DNA of 64,000 nucleotides from Candidatus Latescibacterota bacterium (lineage in GTDB: Bacteria > Latescibacterota > UBA2968): the NCBI GenBank assembly GCA_965204745.1, contig OZ242010.1:576001-640000 (forward strand), read 5' to 3'. How positions within the stretch are numbered: position 1 is the stretch's first letter; every line of letters begins with the position of its first letter. The notes beneath the pieces were generated by a model. That model was not told the DNA's origin. It saw only the letters and a list, made by a program, of their open reading frames with translations, and did not search any database. Shown in pieces: positions 1-9,345 of the stretch. The translations under genes and the position numbers were made by a program.

Positions 1-935
1 CCCTGCGGGTCGAGGCGGATGTCTTTGAGATAGACTTTCAAGCCTTGGGCCTGGTAATCGCACACCAGCGCCTTGTTGTCCGGCGTTGTGAGCGGCAGGG
101 AAACGCGCTCGCCGCCGGCGGTTTGCCAGGTGCGTCCAAAATCCGGGGTTTCGAGATAGTAGAGGTTGGTGCGCCAGTTGAGGCCCTGCGGCGACGGGTG
201 GTAGTTAAACGCCGTGACCGCTTTGTGCGGCGAACAAGCGCTGATTTGGTAATGTCCTTTTTCAATGGCGGCCAAGCGCGTCCATTCCGACCACTTGACG
301 CCATCCGCGCTGGTGACAAAAAACAGGGTGCGGTCCGCCGGGTCTTTGTAGCGCGTGACGAAATTGATGAACCCGCGCCCCGGCAAGTGCCACGCCTGCA
401 TGTAGGAAAAGTTGTCCATGTCCCGTTCGCGCCCTTGAAAGCGGTAGGTCGCGTCAACCCGTTCAAACGCCTCAATCGCGTAGGGCCGCACGCTGCGGTG
501 GATGTACGAGGGACGCGACAAGCCGTGCGAGGTGGAGAATATCCAAATATAGCCCGCGTCGTCCATGGAGATGACGGGATTGTCGTGGGCATCCGCCGTG
601 TTCTTGTCCAACAAGATGGTCGGCCGAGGCACCTGCCGGGTCTCGTGGTCGAAATAGGAGACCATGTGCAACAAAAATCCCGCGCGGTCCCGAGAAAAGG
701 CACCGTCCCCGCGGAGGTCTGCTGCGGTGTGCTTGCGATGTGCATCGACAGGCGTGCCGCCGTAACAGAAAAAGGTCTTATCGACTTCGGGACGGTACAC
801 GGCAAAGGGGCGATGCTTGGCGCAATACGTGCCCAAGCCGCCGCTGTATTTGTACGCGTACTCATCGCCGGATGGCTGATTGTAATACCATATCCCGCGA
901 TAGCCCGCGTCTTTTTGATTCAAGGTGAGGCGCAT
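1..935 (-). CDS. BNR-4 repeat-containing (sialidase-like) protein, 3' end outside window
   Basis: Not in ORF track. Read manually from ATG 935: MRLTLNQKDAGYRGIWYYNQPSGDEYAYKYSGGLGTYCAKHRPFAVY..., later DAHDNPVISMDDAGYIWIF-type and FSYMQ motifs. Frame is open to the window edge. Confidence 0.75.
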   Translation of the reverse strand, partial: MRLTLNQKDAGYRGIWYYNQPSGDEYAYKYSGGLGTYCAKHRPFAVYRPEVDKTFFCYGGTPVDAHRKHTAADLRGDGAFSRDRAGFLLHMVSYFDHETRQVPRPTILLDKNTADAHDNPVISMDDAGYIWIFSTSHGLSRPSYIHRSVRPYAIEAFERVDATYRFQGRERDMDNFSYMQAWHLPGRGFINFVTRYKDPADRTLFFVTSADGVKWSEWTRLAAIEKGHYQISACSPHKAVTAFNYHPSPQGLNWRTNLYYLETPDFGRTWQTAGGERVSLPLTTPDNKALVCDYQAQGLKVYLKDIRLDPQ

Positions 936-1017
936 GGCTTTTCCCCGTGTCGCGTTGTGGTTGGACGCGAAAAAGAAATGCAAACGGAAATCCGCGTTCA
1001 TCCGCGTTCGTCTCCAA

Positions 1018-1335
1018 CTACTGAACCGGCGAAAAGGACGTCGCGGTCATCATCTCGGAAATGACCTCTGACACAATCGGCCCATTGGCCTCGGTTCGCG
1101 CTCTGGCCTCGATCCATTCGGGATCTGCGCGAAACCCTGCCCACGCGCGCTCCATCGCCGCTTCGCCCTCGTACTTGCAAATATAGACGATCTCATTCGC
1201 GTCCGTTTTTTGCCAAAACCCCATCACCTCAATGCCGTACCGATCAAAAAGGCCAAACGTGATATTTTCAAATCGGCTGAGAATGTCGGGCATTTTCCCT
1301 TCGGGAATGCGGTAAGTACGCATTTCGTAAATCAT
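1018..1335 (-). CDS. NIPSNAP family protein
   Basis: MIYEMRTY...AWAGFRADPEW...SFSP signature; GGAGG RBS before ATG 1335. Confidence 0.9.
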   Translation of the reverse strand: MIYEMRTYRIPEGKMPDILSRFENITFGLFDRYGIEVMGFWQKTDANEIVYICKYEGEAAMERAWAGFRADPEWIEARARTEANGPIVSEVISEMMTATSFSPVQ

Positions 1336-1375
1336 AGTGCCTCCCAAAACAAGTGGATAGTATTTTGTGTTTTTC

Positions 1376-1405
1376 ATGATAACAATGACTATATTCCAAG
1401 GTCAA
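1376..1405 (-). promoter_or_regulatory. Putative sigma70 promoter
   Basis: TTGACC-N18-TATCAT upstream of the NIPSNAP gene. Confidence 0.45.
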
Positions 1406-1443
1406 GTACAGAAACGCACGGCAAAGACCAATTTGTCGATCTC

Positions 1444-1468
1444 GACCAGGCCCTGTGCCTGTCCCTAC
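1444..1468. repeat. GTAG-type REP-like palindrome (related copies at 4061-4087, 10207-10228, 15803-15825, 34815-34844)
   Basis: Imperfect hairpins ending in CCCTAC or starting with GTAGGG; 4050-4082 and 10196-10228 are identical over 33 bp. Confidence 0.55.
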
Positions 1469-1535
1469 GGATGGGCGATGGCGGGGCGGTCTCACCTCTC
1501 TCGTCTTACGTCTTACCGCAGGGAGTTGGGCGGGG

Positions 1536-1591
1536 ACTGACAACTGACAACTGACAACTGACAACTGACAACTGACAACTGACAACTGACA
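1536..1591 (+). repeat. Heptamer tandem repeat (ACTGACA)8, interrupted by IS982 and resuming at 2577-2597
   Basis: Read directly. Confidence 0.95.
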
Positions 1592-2576
1592 ATGCGAATT
1601 AAGAGTTGAATCCATCGCGTACTTGTCTTTTCTTGAGGGCTCAGTCATTTCACCCTTAAAGGAAGGAGCACGCGATGGATTGGCAAGATAAACTCATTCA
1701 CTTGTATGTCTATATTTGTCAGCAGTATGACCAAAAGCATCTGTGGTTTTATACGGAACGCATGAGTAATAACGACACGCCGACCTTCACAGATGAAGAA
1801 GTGCTGACGATCTATTTGTTTGGGATCATGCAACAACACACGCAGATCAAGGCGATTTATACCTATACCAAGGATCATTTGTTCGACTGGTTTCCCAATC
1901 TGCCCACTTATGCAGGCTATATCCAGCGGTTGAACCGCTTGTGTGTGGTCTTCGCCCCATTGATTGAACAAATCCAAAAGGATAGTCCCGCAACCGATGT
2001 CTCTGAACACACCTACTTGGTGGATTCCATGCCGATTGTTATGGCACAATCGGCACGTAGCGGTCAGGCATGTGTGGCTGAAGAACAACTGGCCAACAAA
2101 GGCCGCTGCGCTTCCAAAAAGATGTGGTATTACGGCACCAAACTGCACATGGTCGCACAAGACCGCGAGAATGGCCTCCCGAAAGCAGAGTACTTCGGCT
2201 TGACAGGTGCAGCAGAGCATGACCTGACTGCTTTGCGACATGTCTTACCCGTTTTGCGTGATGGACACCTCTACGGCGATAAAATCTACGCCGATCAGCC
2301 CTTAAAAGACACGCTTAGCAAACAGCAGAACCTGATCTTCGAGACGCCGGTGAAGCGAAAAAAGGGGCAAGAAAGCCTGACCGAGGCCGAAAAAGACTTT
2401 TCTCGGGCGGTTTCGAGCATGCGACAGCCTATAGAGGCCTTGTTCAGTTGGATTGAACGAAAGACGAACATCTCGATGGCGTCTCGGGTACGATCCTATG
2501 AGGGCTTACTCGTTCATGTCTTTGGGCGATTGACCGCGGCTTGCTTCTTACTCGCTTTCTACTCTTAATTCGCATT
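1591..2576 (+). mobile_element. IS982-family insertion sequence (ends +/-1 bp)
   Basis: Perfect terminal inverted repeats AATGCGAATTAAGAGT (1591-1606) and ACTCTTAATTCGCATT (2561-2576). The transposase stop codon lies inside the right IR. Confidence 0.9.
1675..2568 (+). CDS. IS982-family DDE transposase
   Basis: FTDEEVLTIYLFG, VDSMP, YYGTKLH, LYGDKIY and RQPIEALFSWI motifs. Confidence 0.92.
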   Translation: MDWQDKLIHLYVYICQQYDQKHLWFYTERMSNNDTPTFTDEEVLTIYLFGIMQQHTQIKAIYTYTKDHLFDWFPNLPTYAGYIQRLNRLCVVFAPLIEQIQKDSPATDVSEHTYLVDSMPIVMAQSARSGQACVAEEQLANKGRCASKKMWYYGTKLHMVAQDRENGLPKAEYFGLTGAAEHDLTALRHVLPVLRDGHLYGDKIYADQPLKDTLSKQQNLIFETPVKRKKGQESLTEAEKDFSRAVSSMRQPIEALFSWIERKTNISMASRVRSYEGLLVHVFGRLTAACFLLAFYS

Positions 2577-2644
2577 GACAACTGACAACTGACAACTTGG
2601 GGGCTTGGGGCCGGGGGAGGAATCATCTTTCATCTGGAGGAAGC

Positions 2645-3940
2645 ATGGAAATTCTCGGATCGATCTTCATCGCAACCGTCTGGTCTGGGCATCCCGTGGG
2701 GTTTGACCTGTTGACGGATGGCGACCAGCAATTTGTGGCATTTTACGATGCGGACCGCAAAATGACCGTGGGGACGCGCCTTTTGACGGAAGACACCTGG
2801 ATGTTTGCCCAGCCCAAAGGCGTCTGGTTGGAAAATCGCGGACGCCTGTCGTCCGAGGTCGGATGGGACAGCCACAATTCCTTGACCATGGCCATTGACG
2901 ACGCGGGCCACATTCATCTGTGCGGGAATATGCATGTGGATCCCCTGATTTACTTTCGCACCACGCGCCCACGCGATATAACCAGCTTTGAACGCATTCC
3001 CGCGATGGTGGGCAAAAATGAGGACCGATGCACGTATCCGGTATTTATGCGCGGCCCAAATCGGGAATTGATTTTTCGGTTTCGAGATGGCAAAAGTGGC
3101 AATGGGGTCGATTTTTACAATGCGTACGACGCCCAAACCAAAACCTGGCACCGCTTGCACCACGCGCCCTTGTTGGATGGCTTAGACCGCATGAATGCCT
3201 ACGCCCGCATGCCGGAAAAAGGCCCCGATGGCCGGTATCACATGATCTGGATGTGGCGCGACACCCCGGATTGCGCGACCAATCACAGCATTTCCTACGC
3301 CCGTAGCCACGACCTCATCGCTTGGGAAACCGGGGCAGGCAACGCGCTGAATTTGCCGATCACCATAGAAAGCGGCGCGGTCGTCGATCCCGTGCCCCCG
3401 GGCGGTGGGTTGATCAACATGACGCAATCACTGGGCTTTGACCACCAAAAACGCCCGGTGATCAGCTATCACAAACACGACGAAACCGGATCCACGCAAG
3501 CCTATTGTGCGCGGTTGGAAAATGGCGACTGGGCGTTTTACAAGGTGAGCGATTGGACCTACCGATGGGAATTTGGCGGCGGCGGCTCTATCGGCGCGGA
3601 AATCCGCTTGGGCGGCGTACAAGCCGAAGCCGATGGCGGGTTGCGTCTGCGCTATTGGCACGCCAAAGAAGGGCACGGCATCTGGAAATTGCATCCCGAA
3701 ACCCTACGGGTGATCGGCACGTATCCCCCGCCCGAGAACCAAATTCCCGATGAATTGGAACGAGTCACCTCAAATTACTCGGGCATGGTCGTCAACCTAC
3801 GCAACGCACGCGACACCGGAACGCACCCCGACGAACAACACCTCTTGCGCTGGGAAACCCTGGACCGCAATCGAGACAGACCCCGCGAAACCATCCCTCC
3901 GCCGAGCGAGTTGAGACTCTACATTCTGCAACGCGACTAA
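2645..3940 (+). CDS. BNR-4 repeat-containing protein
   Basis: WDSHNSLTMAID..GHIHLCGNMHVDPL, TYPVF and FRDGKSGNG motifs; GGAGG RBS before ATG 2645. Confidence 0.8.
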   Translation: MEILGSIFIATVWSGHPVGFDLLTDGDQQFVAFYDADRKMTVGTRLLTEDTWMFAQPKGVWLENRGRLSSEVGWDSHNSLTMAIDDAGHIHLCGNMHVDPLIYFRTTRPRDITSFERIPAMVGKNEDRCTYPVFMRGPNRELIFRFRDGKSGNGVDFYNAYDAQTKTWHRLHHAPLLDGLDRMNAYARMPEKGPDGRYHMIWMWRDTPDCATNHSISYARSHDLIAWETGAGNALNLPITIESGAVVDPVPPGGGLINMTQSLGFDHQKRPVISYHKHDETGSTQAYCARLENGDWAFYKVSDWTYRWEFGGGGSIGAEIRLGGVQAEADGGLRLRYWHAKEGHGIWKLHPETLRVIGTYPPPENQIPDELERVTSNYSGMVVNLRNARDTGTHPDEQHLLRWETLDRNRDRPRETIPPPSELRLYILQRD

Positions 3941-4145
3941 AGAAACGCCCCGGTGATTGCGTGCCCCGCTCATCCACCCATCCACCAGTGCGGCCTTACC
4001 GTGCCACCCAACCGCCGTGTGCGTTATCCCGGCCCATATTCCCCGGCCTCTTGTATCTTTGGGCGAGCACGGGGGCATCGCCCCTACGTTTCTCTCCTCG
4101 CCTCTTGTATCTCGCTTAAAGGGGTTGGGGGTTAGGGTTGGGCGG

Positions 4146-4232
4146 ACTGACTACTGACTACTGACTACTGACTACTGACCACTTGGGGTTGGGGACTGGT
4201 GGCCTTCTTACCTCTTACCTCTTACCTCTCAC
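4146..4232 (+). repeat. Composite heptamer repeats: (ACTGACT)4 ACTGACC, linker, (CTTACCT)3
   Basis: Read directly. Confidence 0.9.
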
Positions 4233-4346
4233 TTGGGCGCGGCGGCGGGGCGCGGCGAGGCTGTTTTTTTGTTTGAAAGACGCGGTGGCATCGCTTATTT
4301 TGGCTGGGTGTATTTTGCAAGGGTTCGCATTCAACGAGGAGGCGAT

Positions 4347-5276
4347 ATGAGCAGGGATGCGTTTCGCGGGGTGTTTCCCATTTTGTCAACACCGTTTGCG
4401 AAAAATGGCGATGCCGATTGGGGCGACCTCGAGCGGGTCGTGGATTTTTGTGTGGCATGCGGATCGCACGGAATCGTGTGGCCCGTCAATGCGAGCAGTT
4501 TTCCGGTCTTGACCGATGAGGAACGCATGCGAGGCATGCAGGTGGTCATCGAACAAACGGCCGGGCGCGTGCCGGTCATTCTCGGGGTTCAGGGGGCGAG
4601 CGGGCACCACGCGGCCCTGTTTAGCCGCCACGCGCAGGCATTGGGGGCCGATGGGGTGATCGCCATGGCGCCTTATGTCGAGGCAATCGAGGACGAGGAT
4701 GCGATGGTGCGCTATTTTCAGGCGATTGACCGCGAAGTGAATATGCCCATTTTCATTCAGAATCACATCCGAGGCAGCGAGTTGTCTATCGACGCGATGG
4801 CGCGGTTGATCCGCGAAGTCGAACACATCGAATACGTCAAGGAAGAGTCCTTTCCCGCAACGCACATGACCACGGGCTTGATAGAACGCGCCGGCCCCAA
4901 ATTAAAGGGCGTATTCGGCGGTGCTAGCGGGCGGTACTTGTTGCTCGAACACCCGCGCGGCGGTGCCGGGCAAATGCCGGGGTGCCACATTCCAGATGTG
5001 GTGGTGCGATTGTGGAACGCGCTAGAAGCCGGGGATTTGACAGAGGCCAAGCGGGTATATGGCATCATGGCGCCGCTGTTCGCGCTGGAGACCCTCAAAG
5101 GCACGACGTACCCGGAAATCCTGCGCCGGCGACAGGTGATCACGAGTTCGCACAGCCGGTTGACGACCCACTTTCCCATGCAAGATGCGTACGATCACGC
5201 CGCCCTAGACGATATTTTGCGCGATTTGCAACCGCTGTTCACATGGAACGAGAAGCCGGTGTTGTTTGGAAGGTAG
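4347..5276 (+). CDS. Dihydrodipicolinate synthase-like (DapA family) aldolase/lyase
   Basis: FRGVFPILSTPF, GRVPVILGV, Schiff-base Lys in YVKEE; GAGGAGG RBS. Confidence 0.85.
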   Translation: MSRDAFRGVFPILSTPFAKNGDADWGDLERVVDFCVACGSHGIVWPVNASSFPVLTDEERMRGMQVVIEQTAGRVPVILGVQGASGHHAALFSRHAQALGADGVIAMAPYVEAIEDEDAMVRYFQAIDREVNMPIFIQNHIRGSELSIDAMARLIREVEHIEYVKEESFPATHMTTGLIERAGPKLKGVFGGASGRYLLLEHPRGGAGQMPGCHIPDVVVRLWNALEAGDLTEAKRVYGIMAPLFALETLKGTTYPEILRRRQVITSSHSRLTTHFPMQDAYDHAALDDILRDLQPLFTWNEKPVLFGR

Positions 5277-5306
5277 TGGTCAGGCCACCCGGCCCAACCC
5301 CCTTCG

Positions 5307-5341
5307 GTAAGACGTAAGACGTAAGAGGGAAGATACAAGAT
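5307..5341 (+). repeat. Degenerate heptamer tract (GTAAGAC-type) framed by CCCAACCCC / GGGGTTGGG
   Basis: Read directly. Confidence 0.75.
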
Positions 5342-5402
5342 GACAGAGGGGTTGGGTGTTGTCTTATTTCTGCGTTCTCTCTGCTTTCCCCGTACATACG
5401 AC

Positions 5403-5435
5403 AACTCCCCGACGGTTTTGAACTGTCGGGGAGTT
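5403..5435. terminator. Probable bidirectional intrinsic terminator
   Basis: AACTCCCCGACGGTT...AACTGTCGGGGAGTT hairpin between convergent genes. Confidence 0.65.
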
Positions 5436-5480
5436 TTATGTAATGTATCTGAAACGGGAGACGCAAGACTCTCCCTGATG

Positions 5481-6950
5481 TTAAACCAAATCCGCTGTGG
5501 TGTAATGCCGTTTGAGCCGACTCAAGAGGAACCATTGGAGCAGGGCAAAGCAAGTGATGAGCAGCGGCACTTCGACGGTCAGTATCAAATCGGGATAGAG
5601 GAGACGCATCGCACACATACCTATACCGACGATGCTCGCCAAAAATAAGAGCGCGAATGAGAAAATCCAACCCCATAATCGTTGTCGCGTCTGTTGATTG
5701 TCGTGCAGGAGATATTTGACCTGCACCCACTGGAGCCACGGCGCCAGCACCAGTCCCCATCCAAGCGGACAAAGGACGCCCAAAAAAACGTCGGACGCAA
5801 ACCCGATTTTTGCACCTGCCAACACGCCCAATACGCCCAACAACAAGGCCGATGCAAGAAAAAAGGAAACACTTTGCACCAGCAAACCGCAATACCGAAT
5901 CCACATCTGCCGATTGCGAGAGAGCGGATACACATACCCTTTTTTCAGTGAAAAGGCGGAAAAGGGCGTACAAAAATACAGGGGTAGAGCGACAAATACC
6001 GCTGCGGAGATCATAATGGCTGTTTTTGCTTCCAATTGGTCAAAATGAAATGCCGTTTGGTAGAGCGTTTTCAATACCGCATCAAAATCGTACTGAAATA
6101 CATTCAGCCCAAACGTCGTGAAAATGCCCCAAAAGGGCAGCATTAAAGCCGCGTAAAACGCGGAAGATAGCCATCTATGTGCGTGCCAGCCACAATTCTC
6201 GTACTGACTCGCACGTAGCCAGTTGACAATGCCCGTGCCGATGTGGTCGAGATGCCATATCTTGGTACTCGGGTTTCGCGTCTTCGAGATATTCTTTTTT
6301 AGCCACTCTTGGGTGGGCGAATAATAGGCCGCGTGCATAGAAAAAAACAGCGCGAATGGCTTCATCCGAAATGCCTTCTGATTAAATACCATATAAAAAG
6401 CCCCAACCGCGATGGCGAATGCAATGACCGCCAGTGCCAAGGTCTGTTGCTGTACAAAGACGATCACTCCGCGCCACTGCCAAGCCACGGCCAGTCCCAA
6501 AGCCATGAGGATGGATATGGATCTGAACACGGTCTCAAAGCCGAACCGATGGGCGCCAGCCCCGGCGATGGCAAATCCCAAATTGTAAATCCCCAAATTG
6601 ACGCAGAAGATCACCGGCCACGCCACATTCCAAGAGGCGGACATGAGCAGGGCTGTCCACGCCGAGACGGAAAGCAGTCCGATACTCGCGGCCCAGGCCA
6701 TCAGACGCTTGCGAAAATCTGGCAGGGACCAGGTGAACATCCGGTGTTGGTTTTCCCCCACCAGATTGCCGATGGCATAGCCCCAAAACCCGATAAACGC
6801 AAACAGCCAAAACATATAGATCAGATCTGCAAAGGAATCGGAAGTCACGTCCCATGTCGGAACAAAAATCAGAAACGGAGAGATGCCCAGTGCAACCCAA
6901 AGATAAACCGGACTTCGCAACAACCTAAAAAACGGGAAAATATCCATCAC
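5481..6950 (-). CDS. Polytopic membrane protein, probable ABC-2 type permease
   Basis: About 12 hydrophobic segments; overlaps the stop of the ABC ATPase. Confidence 0.7.
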   Translation of the reverse strand: MMDIFPFFRLLRSPVYLWVALGISPFLIFVPTWDVTSDSFADLIYMFWLFAFIGFWGYAIGNLVGENQHRMFTWSLPDFRKRLMAWAASIGLLSVSAWTALLMSASWNVAWPVIFCVNLGIYNLGFAIAGAGAHRFGFETVFRSISILMALGLAVAWQWRGVIVFVQQQTLALAVIAFAIAVGAFYMVFNQKAFRMKPFALFFSMHAAYYSPTQEWLKKNISKTRNPSTKIWHLDHIGTGIVNWLRASQYENCGWHAHRWLSSAFYAALMLPFWGIFTTFGLNVFQYDFDAVLKTLYQTAFHFDQLEAKTAIMISAAVFVALPLYFCTPFSAFSLKKGYVYPLSRNRQMWIRYCGLLVQSVSFFLASALLLGVLGVLAGAKIGFASDVFLGVLCPLGWGLVLAPWLQWVQVKYLLHDNQQTRQRLWGWIFSFALLFLASIVGIGMCAMRLLYPDLILTVEVPLLITCFALLQWFLLSRLKRHYTTADLV

Positions 6951-7831
6951 ATGCCCTCCCGAATCAAAATGGGAAACAATTGGTCCAAACTCAGCGTGCG
7001 ACTGGCAACTTCGGCGCGATACGCATGCCTGAACTGGTCCGCATTGCCCAAGGCTTGATCGACTATCAAATGGGCAGACGCGCCATTGACGGTTTGCGAC
7101 AATACATAAGGTTCGGAAAACCGCTGTGGCAATCCGCTACCCGTGACGGTCCACGCCGCATAAGTTTGGCGCAAATCGTCCAGTGCCCTATCGGCTTTGA
7201 CCACGCCGTTGTCCAGGCACACCACCCAGTCCACGATTTTTTCAATATCCCTCAAGATATGCGACGAAATGACGATGGTATTTTCGTCCTCGGCCAAGCG
7301 TTCCATCAAAAATTTCAACATAGTCTCCCGCGCAATGGGATCCAGACCGCTGAGGGGTTCGTCCAAAATCAGCAACTCGGGATGGTGGCAAACCGCCAGA
7401 ATAATGCCCAATTTTTGCTCATTGCCCGCAGACAACGCGCCCACGCGCACCGACGTGTCCAACTCGAGTTCGCGCAACAACCGCGCCTCCAACTCGCGGT
7501 CCCAAACCTCGTAAAACGATGCCACGTAGCGCAAATGTTGCTCGACGGTCATCCATTCAAAAAAGCGATTCTCCTGATGCACCACGCCAATGCGCGACAA
7601 TTCGTCTGCGCCCAACTGATCGCACGCACACCCCAGGGTCTTGCACGTTCCCTCGGTGGGCAAGTACAAGCCGATCATGTGGCGGATCAAGGTCGTCTTG
7701 CCACCGCCATTGCGCCCGACCAGTCCAATCACCCGATGTGCCTCAAGGGACAAGGTCACGGCATTGAGCGCGACCGTATCATCGAACTTTTTGGTCAAAG
7801 ACGCCGCTTCAAACACAGGTGAAAAAATCAC
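6947..7831 (-). CDS. ABC transporter ATP-binding protein (YtrB-like)
   Basis: Walker A GRNGGGKTT, LSAG signature, Walker B LLILDEP, SSH switch. Confidence 0.95.
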   Translation of the reverse strand: MIFSPVFEAASLTKKFDDTVALNAVTLSLEAHRVIGLVGRNGGGKTTLIRHMIGLYLPTEGTCKTLGCACDQLGADELSRIGVVHQENRFFEWMTVEQHLRYVASFYEVWDRELEARLLRELELDTSVRVGALSAGNEQKLGIILAVCHHPELLILDEPLSGLDPIARETMLKFLMERLAEDENTIVISSHILRDIEKIVDWVVCLDNGVVKADRALDDLRQTYAAWTVTGSGLPQRFSEPYVLSQTVNGASAHLIVDQALGNADQFRHAYRAEVASRTLSLDQLFPILIREGM

Positions 7832-8217
7832 ACCTTACCTCCTTCCAACGAATCCAATGTGGATGTAAAAAGATCTACGACTTCCGCCCGATCAACCCCC
7901 AACTGTCGAACCATGGTTGCCAACTGCGTGATTTGCGGTTTGAGTTGCGCCAATTTCTCGGCGTGCATCACCCGCGCCTGCACGGGTTTCACCGTCAAGG
8001 GCCTGCCGCGCCGCCGCTCGACCAATCCCCCTGCTTCCAGCAAGCTATACGCCTTGCTCACAGTCATGGGATTGAGGCCGAGTTGCGAGGACAAGGCGCG
8101 CGTGGAGGGAAGCGCGTCCCCCGGCGCGAGCAATCCGCTGACCACATGAAATTTCACTTGGTCAATAATTTGACGAAAAACCGGAATGCCATTGTGATGG
8201 TCAATTGAGATCAACAT
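7828..8217 (-). CDS. GntR family (YtrA subfamily) regulator
   Basis: PVFRQIIDQVK...LPSTRALS..LGLNPMTVSKAY; short C-terminal domain; first gene of an ABC operon. Confidence 0.92.
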   Translation of the reverse strand: MLISIDHHNGIPVFRQIIDQVKFHVVSGLLAPGDALPSTRALSSQLGLNPMTVSKAYSLLEAGGLVERRRGRPLTVKPVQARVMHAEKLAQLKPQITQLATMVRQLGVDRAEVVDLFTSTLDSLEGGKV

Positions 8218-8244
8218 AATCCCCTTCCTTTCCCAAATGTGAAT

Positions 8245-8285
8245 TACTATATTACTAATATAATACACTTAGCCGCGTTACGCAA
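8245..8285 (-). promoter_or_regulatory. Promoter TTGCGT-N17-TATATT overlapped by a probable YtrA operator
   Basis: Inverted repeat TACTATATTA-c-TAATATAATA (8245-8265, 1 mismatch) over the -10 box. Confidence 0.6.
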
Positions 8286-8323
8286 GTCTTTTTTTTAGAA
8301 ATTTTTACCATATTTTGAAAAAT

Positions 8324-8358
8324 AAAAAAGGCTTGTGCCCGAGCGACACAAGCCCTTT
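8324..8358 (-). terminator. Intrinsic terminator, copy 1 of a 35-bp direct repeat
   Basis: AAAGGGCTTGTG-tcgctcggg-CACAAGCC-TTTTTT on the minus strand; identical to 9136-9170. Confidence 0.85.
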
Positions 8359-8386
8359 GTGATGTCCGAGAGTTGAACTTTGTTTT

Positions 8387-8659
8387 TTACGTCTTATTCC
8401 GCGTAAAAAAATACGTAGCCGCGCTTCCCGTTAAGCCGGAAAGAACGGGTAATGTGGCAGAAAAAATATCCTTCAGCGATGCTAAGAGATCGTCAGCCCC
8501 CCAAATATAGATGCAAACCGTCGCGCCGTAGTGAAGGAGAAGATAGCCGCCGAGCATGCTGAGAGATAGAAAAGCCAACCGTCTCGCCGTGTCCGATTCC
8601 TGTTTCTGGATGATGTATCGATACTCGGCTGTCTTGTCGAATCCCGTGATCTGGTTCAT
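8387..8659 (-). CDS. Small two-TM hypothetical membrane protein
   Basis: 90 aa, GGAGG RBS, two hydrophobic segments, AT-richer than flanks. Confidence 0.65.
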   Translation of the reverse strand: MNQITGFDKTAEYRYIIQKQESDTARRLAFLSLSMLGGYLLLHYGATVCIYIWGADDLLASLKDIFSATLPVLSGLTGSAATYFFTRNKT

Positions 8660-8802
8660 TGGGTACCTCCTGTTAAAAGTAAAAAAAATAGCCTTTGGAC
8701 ATCACAATTATGCCATTCAGCGGTGCATATCGACATTTTTTTGCGTACACAAGTTGGGATGCTCATAGCGAAAAAATGAAGATAAGCAAACAGCCCGTCC
8801 TC

Positions 8803-9045
8803 TTACTTTTTTCTGCTCAATGCTTGCAGGTGAGGAATAATAATGACGCATTCTTCCCCTGTGTTGGGGTTTCGCAATGCAATTTCAGAGAAGCCTTGTT
8901 TTGCCTGAGTTTGTAGCGCACGACTGATTTGAAGAGATTCGAGGATCGCATCAGCCATCGAGTCGTAGTTCCCCTCTTTGGTCATATCTTCCAAGGCATC
9001 TAAACTTCGCTCATCAAATGTGAAAGCAACTCGCCCGCTCTGCAT
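8803..9045 (-). CDS. Small protein with CopG/ribbon-helix-helix-like N-terminus
   Basis: RVAFTFDERSLDALEDMTKEGNYDSMADAILESL fits a beta-helix-helix pattern; AAGGAGG RBS. Confidence 0.6.
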   Translation of the reverse strand: MQSGRVAFTFDERSLDALEDMTKEGNYDSMADAILESLQISRALQTQAKQGFSEIALRNPNTGEECVIIIPHLQALSRKK

Positions 9046-9135
9046 AACAGATCACCTCCTTTCTTTGCGACAAAACAAACATACGATAGGCTATCACATT
9101 TGGCAACAAAATCATAGAATATAAAGATACCCACC

Positions 9136-9170
9136 AAAAAAGGCTTGTGCCCGAGCGACACAAGCCCTTT
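9136..9170 (-). terminator. tRNA-Thr terminator, copy 2 of the 35-bp direct repeat
   Basis: Hairpin plus T-run 5 bp after the tRNA CCA. Confidence 0.85.
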
Positions 9171-9175
9171 CTTTG

Positions 9176-9251
9176 TGGAGCCATCCAGCGGATTCGAACC
9201 GCCGACCGCCTGATTACGAATCAGGTGCTCTACCAGCTGAGCTAGGATGGC
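9176..9251 (-). tRNA. tRNA-Thr(CGT)
   Basis: GCCATCC acceptor stem, AGCTCAGCTGGTAGAGC D-arm, CCTGA-TT-CGT-AA-TCAGG anticodon arm, GGTTCGAATCC T-arm, encoded CCA; 76 nt. Confidence 0.97.
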
Positions 9252-9289
9252 TTTGAGGTGTTGAACAACGGCTCTATTCTGTGCAACGA

Positions 9290-9318
9290 AAAATACACAA
9301 AGCCCGAAACCCTGTCAA
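9290..9318 (-). promoter_or_regulatory. Sigma70 promoter of tRNA-Thr
   Basis: TTGACA-N17-TATTTT. Confidence 0.6.
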
Positions 9319-9345
9319 GAAGGAATGCAAAATTAGGAGGTGCCG

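Noticed and set aside
38-1064. Long ORF-track calls 38..865 (-) and 45..1064 (+)
   Set aside because: Shadow frames of the BNR-4 gene, which starts at 935 (-) and was missed because it runs off the window.
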